This document shows positions 1-8,575 of a DNA stretch of 45,089 bases, piece after piece (the first letter of the stretch is position 1; each line of letters starts with the position of its first letter). The notes under the pieces were generated by a model. It was not told the DNA's origin. It saw only the letters and a program-made list of their open reading frames with translations, and did not search any database. This stretch comes from an uncultured Candidatus Peribacteria bacterium (lineage in GTDB: Bacteria; Patescibacteriota; Gracilibacteria; UBA1369; 2-02-FULL-48-14), in NCBI GenBank assembly GCA_964359495.1, contig CAYHTG010000002.1:8943-54031 (forward strand), read 5' to 3'. A program made the position numbers and the translations under genes.

Positions 1-1371
1 AATGGGTTTGATACCGCTTTCTGGAATAAGTTCTTGAATGGCATCGGCAATATTTTTTAGGACAACGCTCGTTCTCGCCGTATCCAGAATTTGCTCCACT
101 CCATCAAGGAAGATGTCTTTATATTCTTCCGGATCAGCCATGGGAAGGCTTTCAGCATACCCCACTTGGGCTGCGAAGACACCATAAATGGGATCTGCCA
201 TTTGGCTCTCGATGAGGCTACGCAACGCGCTGGGTCGATGTGTTTGTTCATTGTAGTAGGAAAGATTTTGCTCCGAAACAAGTTCAGCAAGAAAGTCCCA
301 AGCTGCAGCAGAATTTTGACTGGTTCGACTGACCACAGGAACAAAATAACTGGCGTAGGCTTCGCGAGTTTCCGCAGAGGTTTGAGGGTCGTACACCTGA
401 GGTGTTTCTTGAATCTTGATGTTATTTATATCAATGGTGTTCTCGCCTTCGGCGGCTAAGGCATTGATCTCATTGATGATGTCTTCATACGTGTATGTAT
501 AACCCATAATCATAGAGACTTTCCCGTTCGCAAAAGTTTTAATTTCTTTTTCCCCGCTGTCGGCGTCCGCTAAGTATTTATTCCAGCTGTAATTTTTCTG
601 ACTTGGAAGGCCAAAGCTTGTGAAAAGTTCAAGAGCGGCAAGAGCGTTGGGATCAACAGCTAAGGTTGTTTCCATCAAATCATCGGTATAGAAGCTCACC
701 TTGTACTGGAGCATCATTAGCATGAGGATGTCGAAGGCACGCAAGATATTATCTGAACGCCCAAGCGCAATTCCCGTTCGTTCAAAACGTTCAAAACTTT
801 GATCTTCACGATTGAGTTGTACAACATCTTCTTTAATCCCTGACCATGTGCTCGAAGGTGTTCCCTGTGAAGGCAAAGCTTCCTCTATATGTTCATCGTT
901 GTAGTAGAGCGCCAAGGTGTCTATATAAAGCGGTAAGCCCCACACTTGCTCCTCATTGCTCGAATCAGGGATGATGAGTTCTTCTCCTGCAATCTCTACA
1001 AATAAAGACCGGAAAACATCCGGCGTGACGACTTCGGCCGGAGCGGGTGTTAATTTTTTGTAGTTCTTTGGGAACCACGTGTTGTGCATCATAAAAATAT
1101 CGGGACCCTCCCCTTCAGCGAGTTCATTGACGATGAGTTCCAAATAACTTTCCGGGTCTGTAAATTGCTTATAAATAATGGTCACATTGCTGTGCGCACT
1201 TTCATAAGCTTCGATCATGGGCTTATAGATGTCTTCGTTGTCAAAAAGTCCATAAAAGGTCAAAGTCACAGGCGGCAACTCGTCATATGTCACTTGGCCT
1301 TTTTCACGACACCCTGAAATGAGCAGAGTGAAGAGGAGGAAGAGAGTTAGAGTACGGTGTGGGGTGCGCAT
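1..1371 (-). CDS. ABC transporter extracellular solute-binding lipoprotein (sugar-type family 1), 3' end runs off the window
   Basis: Hand translation from the ATG (rc of CAT at 1369-1371) gives MRTPHRTLTLFLLFTLLISGCREKG..., a signal peptide plus an LISGC lipobox. It continues ...TLTFYGLFDNEDIYKPMIEAYESAHSNVTIIYKQF...GEGPDIFMMHNTWFPKNY, which is typical of solute-binding proteins. The frame stays open to position 1. It is absent from the ORF track because it is edge-truncated. Confidence 0.75.
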   Translation of the reverse strand, partial: MRTPHRTLTLFLLFTLLISGCREKGQVTYDELPPVTLTFYGLFDNEDIYKPMIEAYESAHSNVTIIYKQFTDPESYLELIVNELAEGEGPDIFMMHNTWFPKNYKKLTPAPAEVVTPDVFRSLFVEIAGEELIIPDSSNEEQVWGLPLYIDTLALYYNDEHIEEALPSQGTPSSTWSGIKEDVVQLNREDQSFERFERTGIALGRSDNILRAFDILMLMMLQYKVSFYTDDLMETTLAVDPNALAALELFTSFGLPSQKNYSWNKYLADADSGEKEIKTFANGKVSMIMGYTYTYEDIINEINALAAEGENTIDINNIKIQETPQVYDPQTSAETREAYASYFVPVVSRTSQNSAAAWDFLAELVSEQNLSYYNEQTHRPSALRSLIESQMADPIYGVFAAQVGYAESLPMADPEEYKDIFLDGVEQILDTARTSVVLKNIADAIQELIPESGIKPI

Positions 1372-1451
1372 AGATGTGGTTTATAGGTGTCCCACCGACG
1401 GCGGGACGGCTTTAATACTCTGCACTACGTGCAGTATTATATTGTTAAGTT

Positions 1452-2363
1452 TTAAATCCGTCGAGCCAGTCCTTCAAAAAAGTATCTTTTAGATAAGATG
1501 TACCAGTATTTTCTTTGCGCTACAGAGGGGAAGAGTCTTTTTGCCAGCCAAAAGAGTACAAGTACCGGAAGACTGCTTCCCAGCTTTAATAAGAGTCTTT
1601 TCATTCCTTGAGGGATAACTTTTAGTTCCGGTGCTTTCTTTTGAAAAATATGTGCGCTCTCGCCTATACTGTGCATCCGTTTTTTCAGAGAAGTTTCTTC
1701 CATGGGATGATCGTGAAGGGCTAGAGCCTCGGGCTGATAAATCAGTTTTAACCCTTTCTTGGAGAGACGGTAGCCAAGTTCAACATCCTCAAAACCGTAG
1801 GCTTTGAAATCGGCGTCGAATCTCTCCTTCCCCAATAAGTCCTTTTTGAGAGAAAGGTTGGAGGTGTAAAAATACCAAAAACTTGCCTCCTCATGTGGAT
1901 TCAAATGATGATAAGCAAACTGAGGTCCTCCACTTGTGAGCCAATCCATAAAGGGTGAAATGGGCTGGGAGGAGTCCCAAACTGTTAAGCCCAAGCACGC
2001 GTAGGATTGATCGGGATTCTCCTGATGGAATTGAATGTGTTTTTCCAAGAATTCAGGAGTCCCATAAATGTCATCTCCAATGAAGAGGATAATTTGACCC
2101 TGCGCCTGCTGAATCGCTTTGTTCCGAGCAACACCTTGACCTGAGTTCTTTTGAGTGAGAAATCTAAGATTAGGCCATTGCTCGGAACATGATTTTAAGA
2201 AATGAGGAGTGTCATCAGTGCTGCCATCATCCACAGCTATCACTTCGAAACTGTCTTGAGAGAGGCTTTGCTTTTTTAAAGCATTCAAGCACTTCTCCAA
2301 CTTTTCGAGACGATTGTAAGTCGGAATGATGACGGAAAGGTATGGACTCAGCATCCCTTTCAC
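1452..2363 (-). CDS. family 2 glycosyltransferase
   Basis: The N-terminus LSVIIPTYNRLEKLEKCLNALKKQ and the motif VIAVDDGSTDDT are classic GT2 (GT-A fold, DxD-type) signatures. The ORF is 303 aa. Confidence 0.85.
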   Translation of the reverse strand: MKGMLSPYLSVIIPTYNRLEKLEKCLNALKKQSLSQDSFEVIAVDDGSTDDTPHFLKSCSEQWPNLRFLTQKNSGQGVARNKAIQQAQGQIILFIGDDIYGTPEFLEKHIQFHQENPDQSYACLGLTVWDSSQPISPFMDWLTSGGPQFAYHHLNPHEEASFWYFYTSNLSLKKDLLGKERFDADFKAYGFEDVELGYRLSKKGLKLIYQPEALALHDHPMEETSLKKRMHSIGESAHIFQKKAPELKVIPQGMKRLLLKLGSSLPVLVLFWLAKRLFPSVAQRKYWYILSKRYFFEGLARRI

Positions 2364-2375
2364 TGTAGCGAGTTT

Positions 2376-2807
2376 TTAAACGGCGGCAAGCTCCTTTTCA
2401 GCGACGACTTCTTGTTGTCCGACAGGCTGAACGACTTGTTCAGCCAAGTCCTGAGTGTTTACAGTTTTTCGATCCTGCTCAAAGCGAAGAATATGAAGAT
2501 CACTGAGCACCACTTCGGTGATGTAGTGGGTGTTTTTATCGGCACCTTCATAGGAGCGATTGGTCAAGCGGCCTTCAACAAAGACGGGGCTTCCCTTGCG
2601 AAGATGCCGGACGCAAAGCTCGGCAAGTTTCCCCCAGGAAACAATGCGGTGAAAATCGGCACTTTTTTTCACCTCTCCTTCTGAGTCGTACCACTCGTTG
2701 TTGGTGGCAACGGCGAAGCTGGAAACGGACTTGCCACTCTTGGTGACCTTGATTTCGGGGTCCGCCACAACGTGGCCTAAAATACTAACTCTATTGATGC
2801 TTTTCAT
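2376..2807 (-). CDS. ssb: single-stranded DNA-binding protein
   Basis: Starting at the internal Met, MKSINRVSILGHVVADPEIKVTKSGKSVSSFAVATNNEWYD...HRIVSWGKLAE is an OB-fold SSB. The longer ORF-track start (2954) would overlap the ribE start at 2917, so I use the ATG at 2807. Confidence 0.9.
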   Translation of the reverse strand: MKSINRVSILGHVVADPEIKVTKSGKSVSSFAVATNNEWYDSEGEVKKSADFHRIVSWGKLAELCVRHLRKGSPVFVEGRLTNRSYEGADKNTHYITEVVLSDLHILRFEQDRKTVNTQDLAEQVVQPVGQQEVVAEKELAAV

Positions 2808-2865
2808 ATAAATGGGGTAAAAATGTAAAAGCATCTCTGTTATAGACCCTCGACCTTGATGAAAT

Positions 2866-2909
2866 CCTGAACTTTTCCTGAAACTTTCCTGAAATAAACC
2901 TGAACACTT
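2866..2909. repeat. four tandem 11-bp units, each starting with an exact CCTGAA (2866, 2877, 2888, 2899), in the ssb/ribE divergent intergenic region
   Basis: Read directly from the sequence: cctgaactttt / cctgaaacttt / cctgaaataaa / cctgaacactt. A degenerate unit (ccttgatgaaat) precedes them and the ribE ATG follows at 2917. Confidence 0.85.
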
Positions 2910-2916
2910 TCCTTCT

Positions 2917-3495
2917 ATGTTTACAGGCATTGTGCAAAACTTAGGGCAAATCAAAAAAATCCAGCACCATGGAGCTTTATTAACTCTCAGTATTCAGAGT
3001 CGACTCCCTTCCAAGGATCTAAAACGAGGAACAAGCGTGCTGGTGGATGGAGTTTGTCTGACCGTTGAAAAAAATAATTCTAAAACGAAAACTTTTATAG
3101 TTACCCTGGTCTCTGAAACTCTTAAAAAAACTTTTTTCTCCAAAAGCATCCTCGGGCAAAAAGTGAATTTGGAAGCTTCTTTACGTGTGGGCGATCCTAT
3201 TGCCGGCCATTTTGTACTTGGACATGTGGATTTCCTTGGAAAGATTATTCAGGAGGCTCCAGAGCTTCGAGTCCAGCTCCCCTTAGACAGCCTGAAATTC
3301 TTTCCTGCTAAAGGATCTGTGACTATCAATGGAGTGAGTTTAACCATTGCCGCTCAAAGAAAAAATCATATTGAAGTCGCCTTAATCCCTGAGACACTTA
3401 AGAAAACTAATTTAAAGCTTCTCAGGAAGAGTGACCCTGTTCACATTGAAATTGACGCTTTGGCGCGCTATATTTGTGCTTTACAATCTTCCTAA
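2917..3495 (+). CDS. ribE: riboflavin synthase alpha chain
   Basis: MFTGIVQNLGQI... is the canonical N-terminus. An internal duplicated barrel is visible (GTSVLVDGVCLTV and GSVTINGVSLTI). The stop overlaps the ribH start as TAATG. Confidence 0.9.
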   Translation: MFTGIVQNLGQIKKIQHHGALLTLSIQSRLPSKDLKRGTSVLVDGVCLTVEKNNSKTKTFIVTLVSETLKKTFFSKSILGQKVNLEASLRVGDPIAGHFVLGHVDFLGKIIQEAPELRVQLPLDSLKFFPAKGSVTINGVSLTIAAQRKNHIEVALIPETLKKTNLKLLRKSDPVHIEIDALARYICALQSS

Positions 3496-3866
3496 TGAAA
3501 TTTGGAATCGTCGTTTCTGAGTTTAATCCACAACTCAGCGAGGCCCTGCTAGAATCTTGTCTCAGAGGTTTCGAAGAGCAAGGCATTAAGCCCGATGTTT
3601 ATAAGGTTCACGGAGCATTGGAAATTCCTCTGATGATTCAAGACTATATCCAGCAAAAACATCCGAAAGCGGTTGTGGCTTTGGGTTGTATTATTAAAGG
3701 AGAAACCGATCATTATGAGGCGATTTGTCAAATGTGTTCACAAGGAGTCATGGAGGTGATGCTTAAAACCCATACCCCAATTATTTTTGAGATTTTAATG
3801 GTGGACGACATAAAGAAAGCGAAAGCTCGTACTCAAAAAGGTTACGAGGCTGCTTTTACTCAGTAA
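3495..3866 (+). CDS. ribH: 6,7-dimethyl-8-ribityllumazine synthase (short form, 123 aa)
   Basis: MKFGIVVSEFN..., HGALEIPL and VVALGCIIKGETDHYEAIC match lumazine synthase motifs. I chose the ATG at 3495, which overlaps the ribE stop. Confidence 0.85.
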   Translation: MKFGIVVSEFNPQLSEALLESCLRGFEEQGIKPDVYKVHGALEIPLMIQDYIQQKHPKAVVALGCIIKGETDHYEAICQMCSQGVMEVMLKTHTPIIFEILMVDDIKKAKARTQKGYEAAFTQ

Positions 3867-3878
3867 AAATGTCAAAAC

Positions 3879-4157
3879 TTATTCGAAATATTTTGTAATG
3901 AAATGCCACCAGTGTTTTAAAGCTGAACGGGCTATAAACCAGTTTAATGTCATGAGAGCCCAAGGAGCGGCACCACTCGAAACCGTAAGCGAATCGGAAT
4001 AGAGAACTGACGTGGTGTAGTTATTCGTAAATACGGTGTCTTCCAAAGTACTGTTGTAGAGCTTAAATGAAATCCCAACAGCTAAAACTAAAATTAGACC
4101 ACATCCCGCAACACGGGTAAGCGATTTTAGCCAGGTTTTAATTTGTTGGTTTTTCAT
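3879..4157 (-). CDS. hypothetical small membrane protein
   Basis: A 92-aa ORF with one N-terminal hydrophobic helix (VAGCGLILVLAVGISF). I recognise no family. Confidence 0.35.
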   Translation of the reverse strand: MKNQQIKTWLKSLTRVAGCGLILVLAVGISFKLYNSTLEDTVFTNNYTTSVLYSDSLTVSSGAAPWALMTLNWFIARSALKHWWHFITKYFE

Positions 4158-4310
4158 ATAATCATGTTATTTTAACATAAAATGGGGAGTTAGTCACGTC
4201 CTTATTGCCTGGTTTTTTATTCCCTTATCCTTAAAATAGATTAAATAGTACACAGTCGTTGTGGCCTTCAGCCACGTTATTGCTTAGCCTTCGTTTCACT
4301 ACGGCTTACC

Positions 4311-5480
4311 ATGAGCCTCCGTACACTTTCCACTGCAGACCTAAAAGGAAAAAAAGTCCTCGTTCGAGTGGATTTCAATGTTCCGATCTCAAATGGAATA
4401 GTTCAAGATCTAACTCGAATTGAAGAAACACTTCCAACCTTAAACTACTTAAAGGGACAGGGTGCGAAAATTATTTTAATCAGTCACTTGGGTAGACCTG
4501 ATGGGAAGCCTGTGCCTGATTTAAAAATGGATATGCTCGCTAAAACCTTAAGTACAATGATGGGGCAAGAAGTTAGAAAGTTGGACGATTGTATCGGACC
4601 TTCTGTTCGGAAAGCCATTGAAGCGATGAAACCCGGTGAGATCCTTCTTTTGGAGAATGTTCGCTTCCATCCGGAGGAGGAAAAGAATGACCCTCTTTTC
4701 GCAGCTGCTTTGGCAAAACTCGCCGAAGTTTATGTGGATGATGCATTTGGTACCGCTCACAGGGCTCATGCGAGTACCGAGGGGGTGGCTCACCTCCTCC
4801 CCTCTTACGCCGGCCTTCTTGTTGAAAAGGAGGTTCGGATTCTAAGTTCGCTCATAGAAAATGCTATGCACCCCGTCGCTTTGGTGGTGGGTGGAGCAAA
4901 AATCGATACAAAAATCGGTCTACTTGAGAAACTCCTTCCTTTGGCGGATGTTTTTATTATTGGAGGAGCCTTAGCAAATACTTTTCTTGCGGCTCAAGGT
5001 TATGCCATTGGTGCTTCTCTCTACGAACCGGAGAAAATTGGCGTTGCACTTAAGTTTCTAGAAGAGGCGCGTGGCAAAACCTTACTTCTTCCCGTAGATG
5101 CAATTACTGCATTTTCACCCGATGCCCAGCCCAAGTTAAGAGCTTTACCCGACATCAGCTCTGATGAGAATATTTTAGATATAGGGCCTCAAACGCTACA
5201 AAGCTTTCATGAGACCTTAAAGACTTGTAAAACTGTTCTGTGGAATGGGCCGATGGGACTTTACGAAAAAGATGCTTTTGCAGAAGGAACGCGGAAAATG
5301 GCACAAATTTTAGCCGAGCTCAGCGCCACTACCGTGATTGGGGGTGGTGATACAATTGACGCTCTTCATCATTTTGGAATTGACACGAAAAAGTTCAGCC
5401 ATATCTCTACAGGCGGCGGAGCGATGCTCGAGTTTCTTGAAGGGAAAACTTTACCCGGAATAGAGGTGCTTAAAGTTTAG
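4311..5480 (+). CDS. pgk: phosphoglycerate kinase
   Basis: VLVRVDFNVP, ILISHLGRP, LLENVRFHPEEEKND and STGGGAMLEFLEGK are signature PGK segments. The ORF is 389 aa. Confidence 0.95.
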   Translation: MSLRTLSTADLKGKKVLVRVDFNVPISNGIVQDLTRIEETLPTLNYLKGQGAKIILISHLGRPDGKPVPDLKMDMLAKTLSTMMGQEVRKLDDCIGPSVRKAIEAMKPGEILLLENVRFHPEEEKNDPLFAAALAKLAEVYVDDAFGTAHRAHASTEGVAHLLPSYAGLLVEKEVRILSSLIENAMHPVALVVGGAKIDTKIGLLEKLLPLADVFIIGGALANTFLAAQGYAIGASLYEPEKIGVALKFLEEARGKTLLLPVDAITAFSPDAQPKLRALPDISSDENILDIGPQTLQSFHETLKTCKTVLWNGPMGLYEKDAFAEGTRKMAQILAELSATTVIGGGDTIDALHHFGIDTKKFSHISTGGGAMLEFLEGKTLPGIEVLKV

Positions 5481-5865
5481 TTCTTATGAAGTTTTCTAAA
5501 AGGATTTGAGCGGCTCTACTGTCAACAATTTTCATTTTTGGTGCAAACGCTTCTTCCGTGCTTAAGCGTTCATCAATCGTTTGAATGGGCAAGTTTAAAG
5601 ATTTTAGTTTCTCTATCTGATTTAAAACGCGCTCTGTTTGTTCGCTTCGCTGTCCATTCATGTGGAGAGGGAGTCCTGCCAATATACCCACAACATCGTC
5701 CGCTTCAGTAAGCTTTTTCAAATGAGCGAGAAGCTCGCCCACGGAAGTGTGCTCAAGCTCGTCTCTTAAAAAAGCGATTTTTTGATCCGCATCTGAAATT
5801 GAAACTCCGGTGCGTCGGGTCCCTAGGTCGAGCGCAAGAATTTTCCCTTTAAGCGGCAGTGACAT
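5470..5865 (-). CDS. ruvX: Holliday-junction-resolvase-like nuclease YqgF/RuvX
   Basis: ILALDLGTRRTGVSISD is the N-terminal RNase H-fold motif. The ORF is 131 aa and its 3' end overlaps pgk convergently by 11 nt. Confidence 0.85.
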   Translation of the reverse strand: MSLPLKGKILALDLGTRRTGVSISDADQKIAFLRDELEHTSVGELLAHLKKLTEADDVVGILAGLPLHMNGQRSEQTERVLNQIEKLKSLNLPIQTIDERLSTEEAFAPKMKIVDSRAAQILLENFIRTKL

Positions 5866-6295
5866 GGATATGGAGTTCAGCGTTTAAGTCTTTATAAAGC
5901 TTTAAAACGACAGGAAACACTCCAATGCTTTTTATGGGGCCAGTCATCTCAATGTTTTTTTCGGGAATTTCAACCTTTAGTTGCTCACTCATCGCAGCGG
6001 CAATTTCTTTGACGCTCACAGAGGCATAAAGCTTCCCACTTTCGCTTGTCTTTTCAGTAAGATTCACCGATTTCCCATTTACTTTTGCAAAAATAGCCTG
6101 TGCGCTTTCCTTCACTGTTTCGAGCCGTTCCACAGCTTTTGCTTGCTGAGCGTGAATATGGTTCACCTGAGAAGCACTTGCAGGACGAGCGAGATTACGA
6201 GGTGCAAGAAAATTCTGAAAATACCCATTGGAGACTTCTTTCACGTCCCCTTTTTGACCTAGGCTGCGAATGTGTTCGAGTAGAATAACTTTCAT
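5849..6295 (-). CDS. rplI: 50S ribosomal protein L9
   Basis: From the internal Met: MKVILLEHIRSLGQKGDVKEVSNGYFQNFLAPRNLA. The ATG is at 6295 (CAT at 6293-6295). Confidence 0.9.
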   Translation of the reverse strand: MKVILLEHIRSLGQKGDVKEVSNGYFQNFLAPRNLARPASASQVNHIHAQQAKAVERLETVKESAQAIFAKVNGKSVNLTEKTSESGKLYASVSVKEIAAAMSEQLKVEIPEKNIEMTGPIKSIGVFPVVLKLYKDLNAELHIHVTAA

Positions 6296-6306
6296 ATTGT
6301 TCTGGC

Positions 6307-7953
6307 TTAGTTGAAACTCCACGAACCAATTGTGGTGAATCGATCCTTAAGAAGCAAGAGTTTTTTGAAGTCGACTCCGGTTAACTTGGTGTCTACCACA
6401 TAATAGTAACTTGGAGTATAGAGGAAAACGGCAGGAACATCATCGGCGAGCGTGGCTCCCAAATCTTCCAAAAAGGACTGTTTTTCAGCGAGATCAAAAG
6501 TCGATCGTATTTTTTCAATGAGTACATCGGCATTCGGATTTTTGTAGTTTGATAAGTTGAGACCCGTTTCACTCACTTGGCTGGAATGCCAATAGGCAAA
6601 GGTGTCTAAGTTGTAGCCGAGACTCTGTCCGTACAAAAGCATGTCGTAGTCTCGTGTTTTGATGATTTCACTGAGTTCGCTCAAAGTATACTTTTCTATT
6701 GTGACTTCCACACCCACTTCAGCCAACTGAGCCTTTATAAGGTCGGCGGTAATTTGGTTCACTTCCTCCTGAAGTTCATTTTCTCCGGCAAAATCTCTTC
6801 GAATGAGCCTTAAAGAGTAGGAGAGCCCGTCTTCATTGCTTCGAACGCTTGCGCCTTCCGCTAGGGTCCAGCCCGCATCAAATAGAGCTCCTTGAGCTTC
6901 TTCAATGTTGGCCTCGTAAAGCCATTCGGTCTGACTGAGCTCAAGCAAAGGTGTATCGATGCGTACTTTGTAATCAATCGCATCTAAAATTTCATCCTTA
7001 TCAATGGCTTTTGAGATTCCCAATCGTTCCTTCTTTTTTTGAAGAAAAGCGGAGTCTGTGTTAAAAAAGAGTGCCGTGTATTGGGGCAACTCATACTGAT
7101 AAGTGATGAGATTTGTTAAGTCCATTTCCTCTAATAAACTTTGACGAATTCGAGCCGCCCCATTCCACACCGAACGATTTTCCGCCAAAGCCGTGCTTGT
7201 GGCGTAGGCAACGAAGCGAATTTTATCAATGTTTGGGACTTCCCCGTAATACTGTGGAAAAATCGAAAGGACGACAGAAGCTGAGCCATCATCATGTAGT
7301 TCATAAGACTCCGCTACCTGATAAGGTCCGGTCCCTACCGGAATCTGATTGAAGGGATGAACATCGAGCTCCGAAACAGTGACACCACTCAAAACATGTT
7401 CAGGTAAAAGTCCCACAGTTAAGGCTGAGAAAAAAAATGAATTTTGCGAATTTAGAGTGAAAGTGACAGTTCGAGAATCGACTTGTTCAATTTTGACGCC
7501 ATCAAAATTTGACTTTAAAATTGGATTACTAAAGTCAGGTGATTGAATGACCGTTGCAAAGGTAAAAAAGATGTCGTCCGCCGACACTTCCTCTCCATCA
7601 TGCCAAAAAAGTTTGTTTTTTAGAGTAAAGGTGTAGGTGAGCTGATCGTCGCTTAGGGTATGAGTGGCCATGTCTTCATCGAACTCCCCTGTAACCGAGT
7701 TGTATTTCACCAGACCGGAGAAAAGTAAACTGCTGATGTCCGCGTCCGCTTCACTAAATTCAGTGAAAACAGGGTTTAAATGTGTGATTTCTCCAACTAG
7801 GCCTTCCGTATACACTCTTCCTTCGCTTCCAAAAAAACCTTTGCCTGAAAATAGGATGGAAGAGAGGCTGAAAAGAAAGAGAGCAGTCAAAACAAAAGCC
7901 AGCACCTTTTCCTTTCCATTCAAGGATTTGAGTGTGCGAAAAAAAAGTTTCAT
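6307..7953 (-). CDS. ABC transporter substrate-binding protein, family 5 (peptide/nickel type), N-terminally membrane-anchored
   Basis: 548 aa with an N-terminal TM segment (VLAFVLTALFLFSLSSILF). The layout is SBP_bac_5-like (TYTFTLKNKLFWHDGEEVSADDI, GTGPYQV). Confidence 0.8.
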   Translation of the reverse strand: MKLFFRTLKSLNGKEKVLAFVLTALFLFSLSSILFSGKGFFGSEGRVYTEGLVGEITHLNPVFTEFSEADADISSLLFSGLVKYNSVTGEFDEDMATHTLSDDQLTYTFTLKNKLFWHDGEEVSADDIFFTFATVIQSPDFSNPILKSNFDGVKIEQVDSRTVTFTLNSQNSFFFSALTVGLLPEHVLSGVTVSELDVHPFNQIPVGTGPYQVAESYELHDDGSASVVLSIFPQYYGEVPNIDKIRFVAYATSTALAENRSVWNGAARIRQSLLEEMDLTNLITYQYELPQYTALFFNTDSAFLQKKKERLGISKAIDKDEILDAIDYKVRIDTPLLELSQTEWLYEANIEEAQGALFDAGWTLAEGASVRSNEDGLSYSLRLIRRDFAGENELQEEVNQITADLIKAQLAEVGVEVTIEKYTLSELSEIIKTRDYDMLLYGQSLGYNLDTFAYWHSSQVSETGLNLSNYKNPNADVLIEKIRSTFDLAEKQSFLEDLGATLADDVPAVFLYTPSYYYVVDTKLTGVDFKKLLLLKDRFTTIGSWSFN

Positions 7954-8174
7954 TGAATGAAATTGAGAGCTAAGGAGAGTCCTAAGAAAAGTGTCACCAA
8001 AACGATGGTACTTTGAGCAAGAATTTTTTCAGCTCCCCTTTTCTGTGTTTGGATGGGAGACCCCCCTATCCCTGAAATAGCTTCTCCAAGTCCACTCCCC
8101 CTTTCCTGGACAAGAATGAGGAGCACTAGGAGAACGGCCAGTACAAGTTGTGTAATGAGGAGTGTGGTTTGCAT
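7950..8174 (-). CDS. secG: preprotein translocase subunit SecG
   Basis: 74 aa with two TM helices. LLVLLILVQERGSGLGEAISG matches the SecG signature. It overlaps the downstream gene by 4 nt. Confidence 0.8.
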   Translation of the reverse strand: MQTTLLITQLVLAVLLVLLILVQERGSGLGEAISGIGGSPIQTQKRGAEKILAQSTIVLVTLFLGLSLALNFIQ

Positions 8175-8186
8175 ATTATAAACGGC

Positions 8187-8552
8187 TTAATTATCTTTTA
8201 AAAACCAATGGATCAGCCAGTTGGCTATGCCAAAGATAAGGGCTGCCAGAAGATAAGTCAAGAAGCCGTCCACGGCCAGGTCTACACCCTCAAAATCCAT
8301 AACCGCTAAAAGGTAATCGGCCAGATAGAGCATGAGGGCATTCAAGACAATCAAAAAAAGACCTCCCGTAAGAAAAACCAAGGGAAAAGAAAGGATTTTT
8401 AAGATGGGTTTTAAAATGAAATTCAGTACGGTTAAAATGAGGCCTACAATAATAGGTGCCACTACGCCCCCTTCAAAAACGAAACCTTCCAAAACGCGAC
8501 TGACAAGGAAAAGTGCAAGGGCGTTGGCGAGGATGGTGGCGATGATACGCAT
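8187..8552 (-). CDS. small polytopic membrane protein (DUF360/YvlD, phage-holin-4-like family; recalled from memory)
   Basis: 121 aa and almost entirely hydrophobic, with about 4 TM segments. Its N-terminus is MRIIATILANALALFLVSRVL. Confidence 0.55.
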   Translation of the reverse strand: MRIIATILANALALFLVSRVLEGFVFEGGVVAPIIVGLILTVLNFILKPILKILSFPLVFLTGGLFLIVLNALMLYLADYLLAVMDFEGVDLAVDGFLTYLLAALIFGIANWLIHWFLKDN

Positions 8553-8575
8553 GGATTGTTGGTTTGGATAAAAAT

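Noticed and set aside
2808-2916. Possible FMN riboswitch upstream of ribE
   Set aside because: The spacer is only 109 bp and is shared with the divergent ssb promoter. It shows none of the multi-stem conserved FMN element core that I could recognise. The phased CCTGAA repeat is reported instead.
2808-2954. N-terminal 49-aa extension of ssb in the ORF track
   Set aside because: The extension has no SSB-like sequence and would overlap the divergent ribE start. The canonical SSB N-terminus begins at the ATG at 2807.
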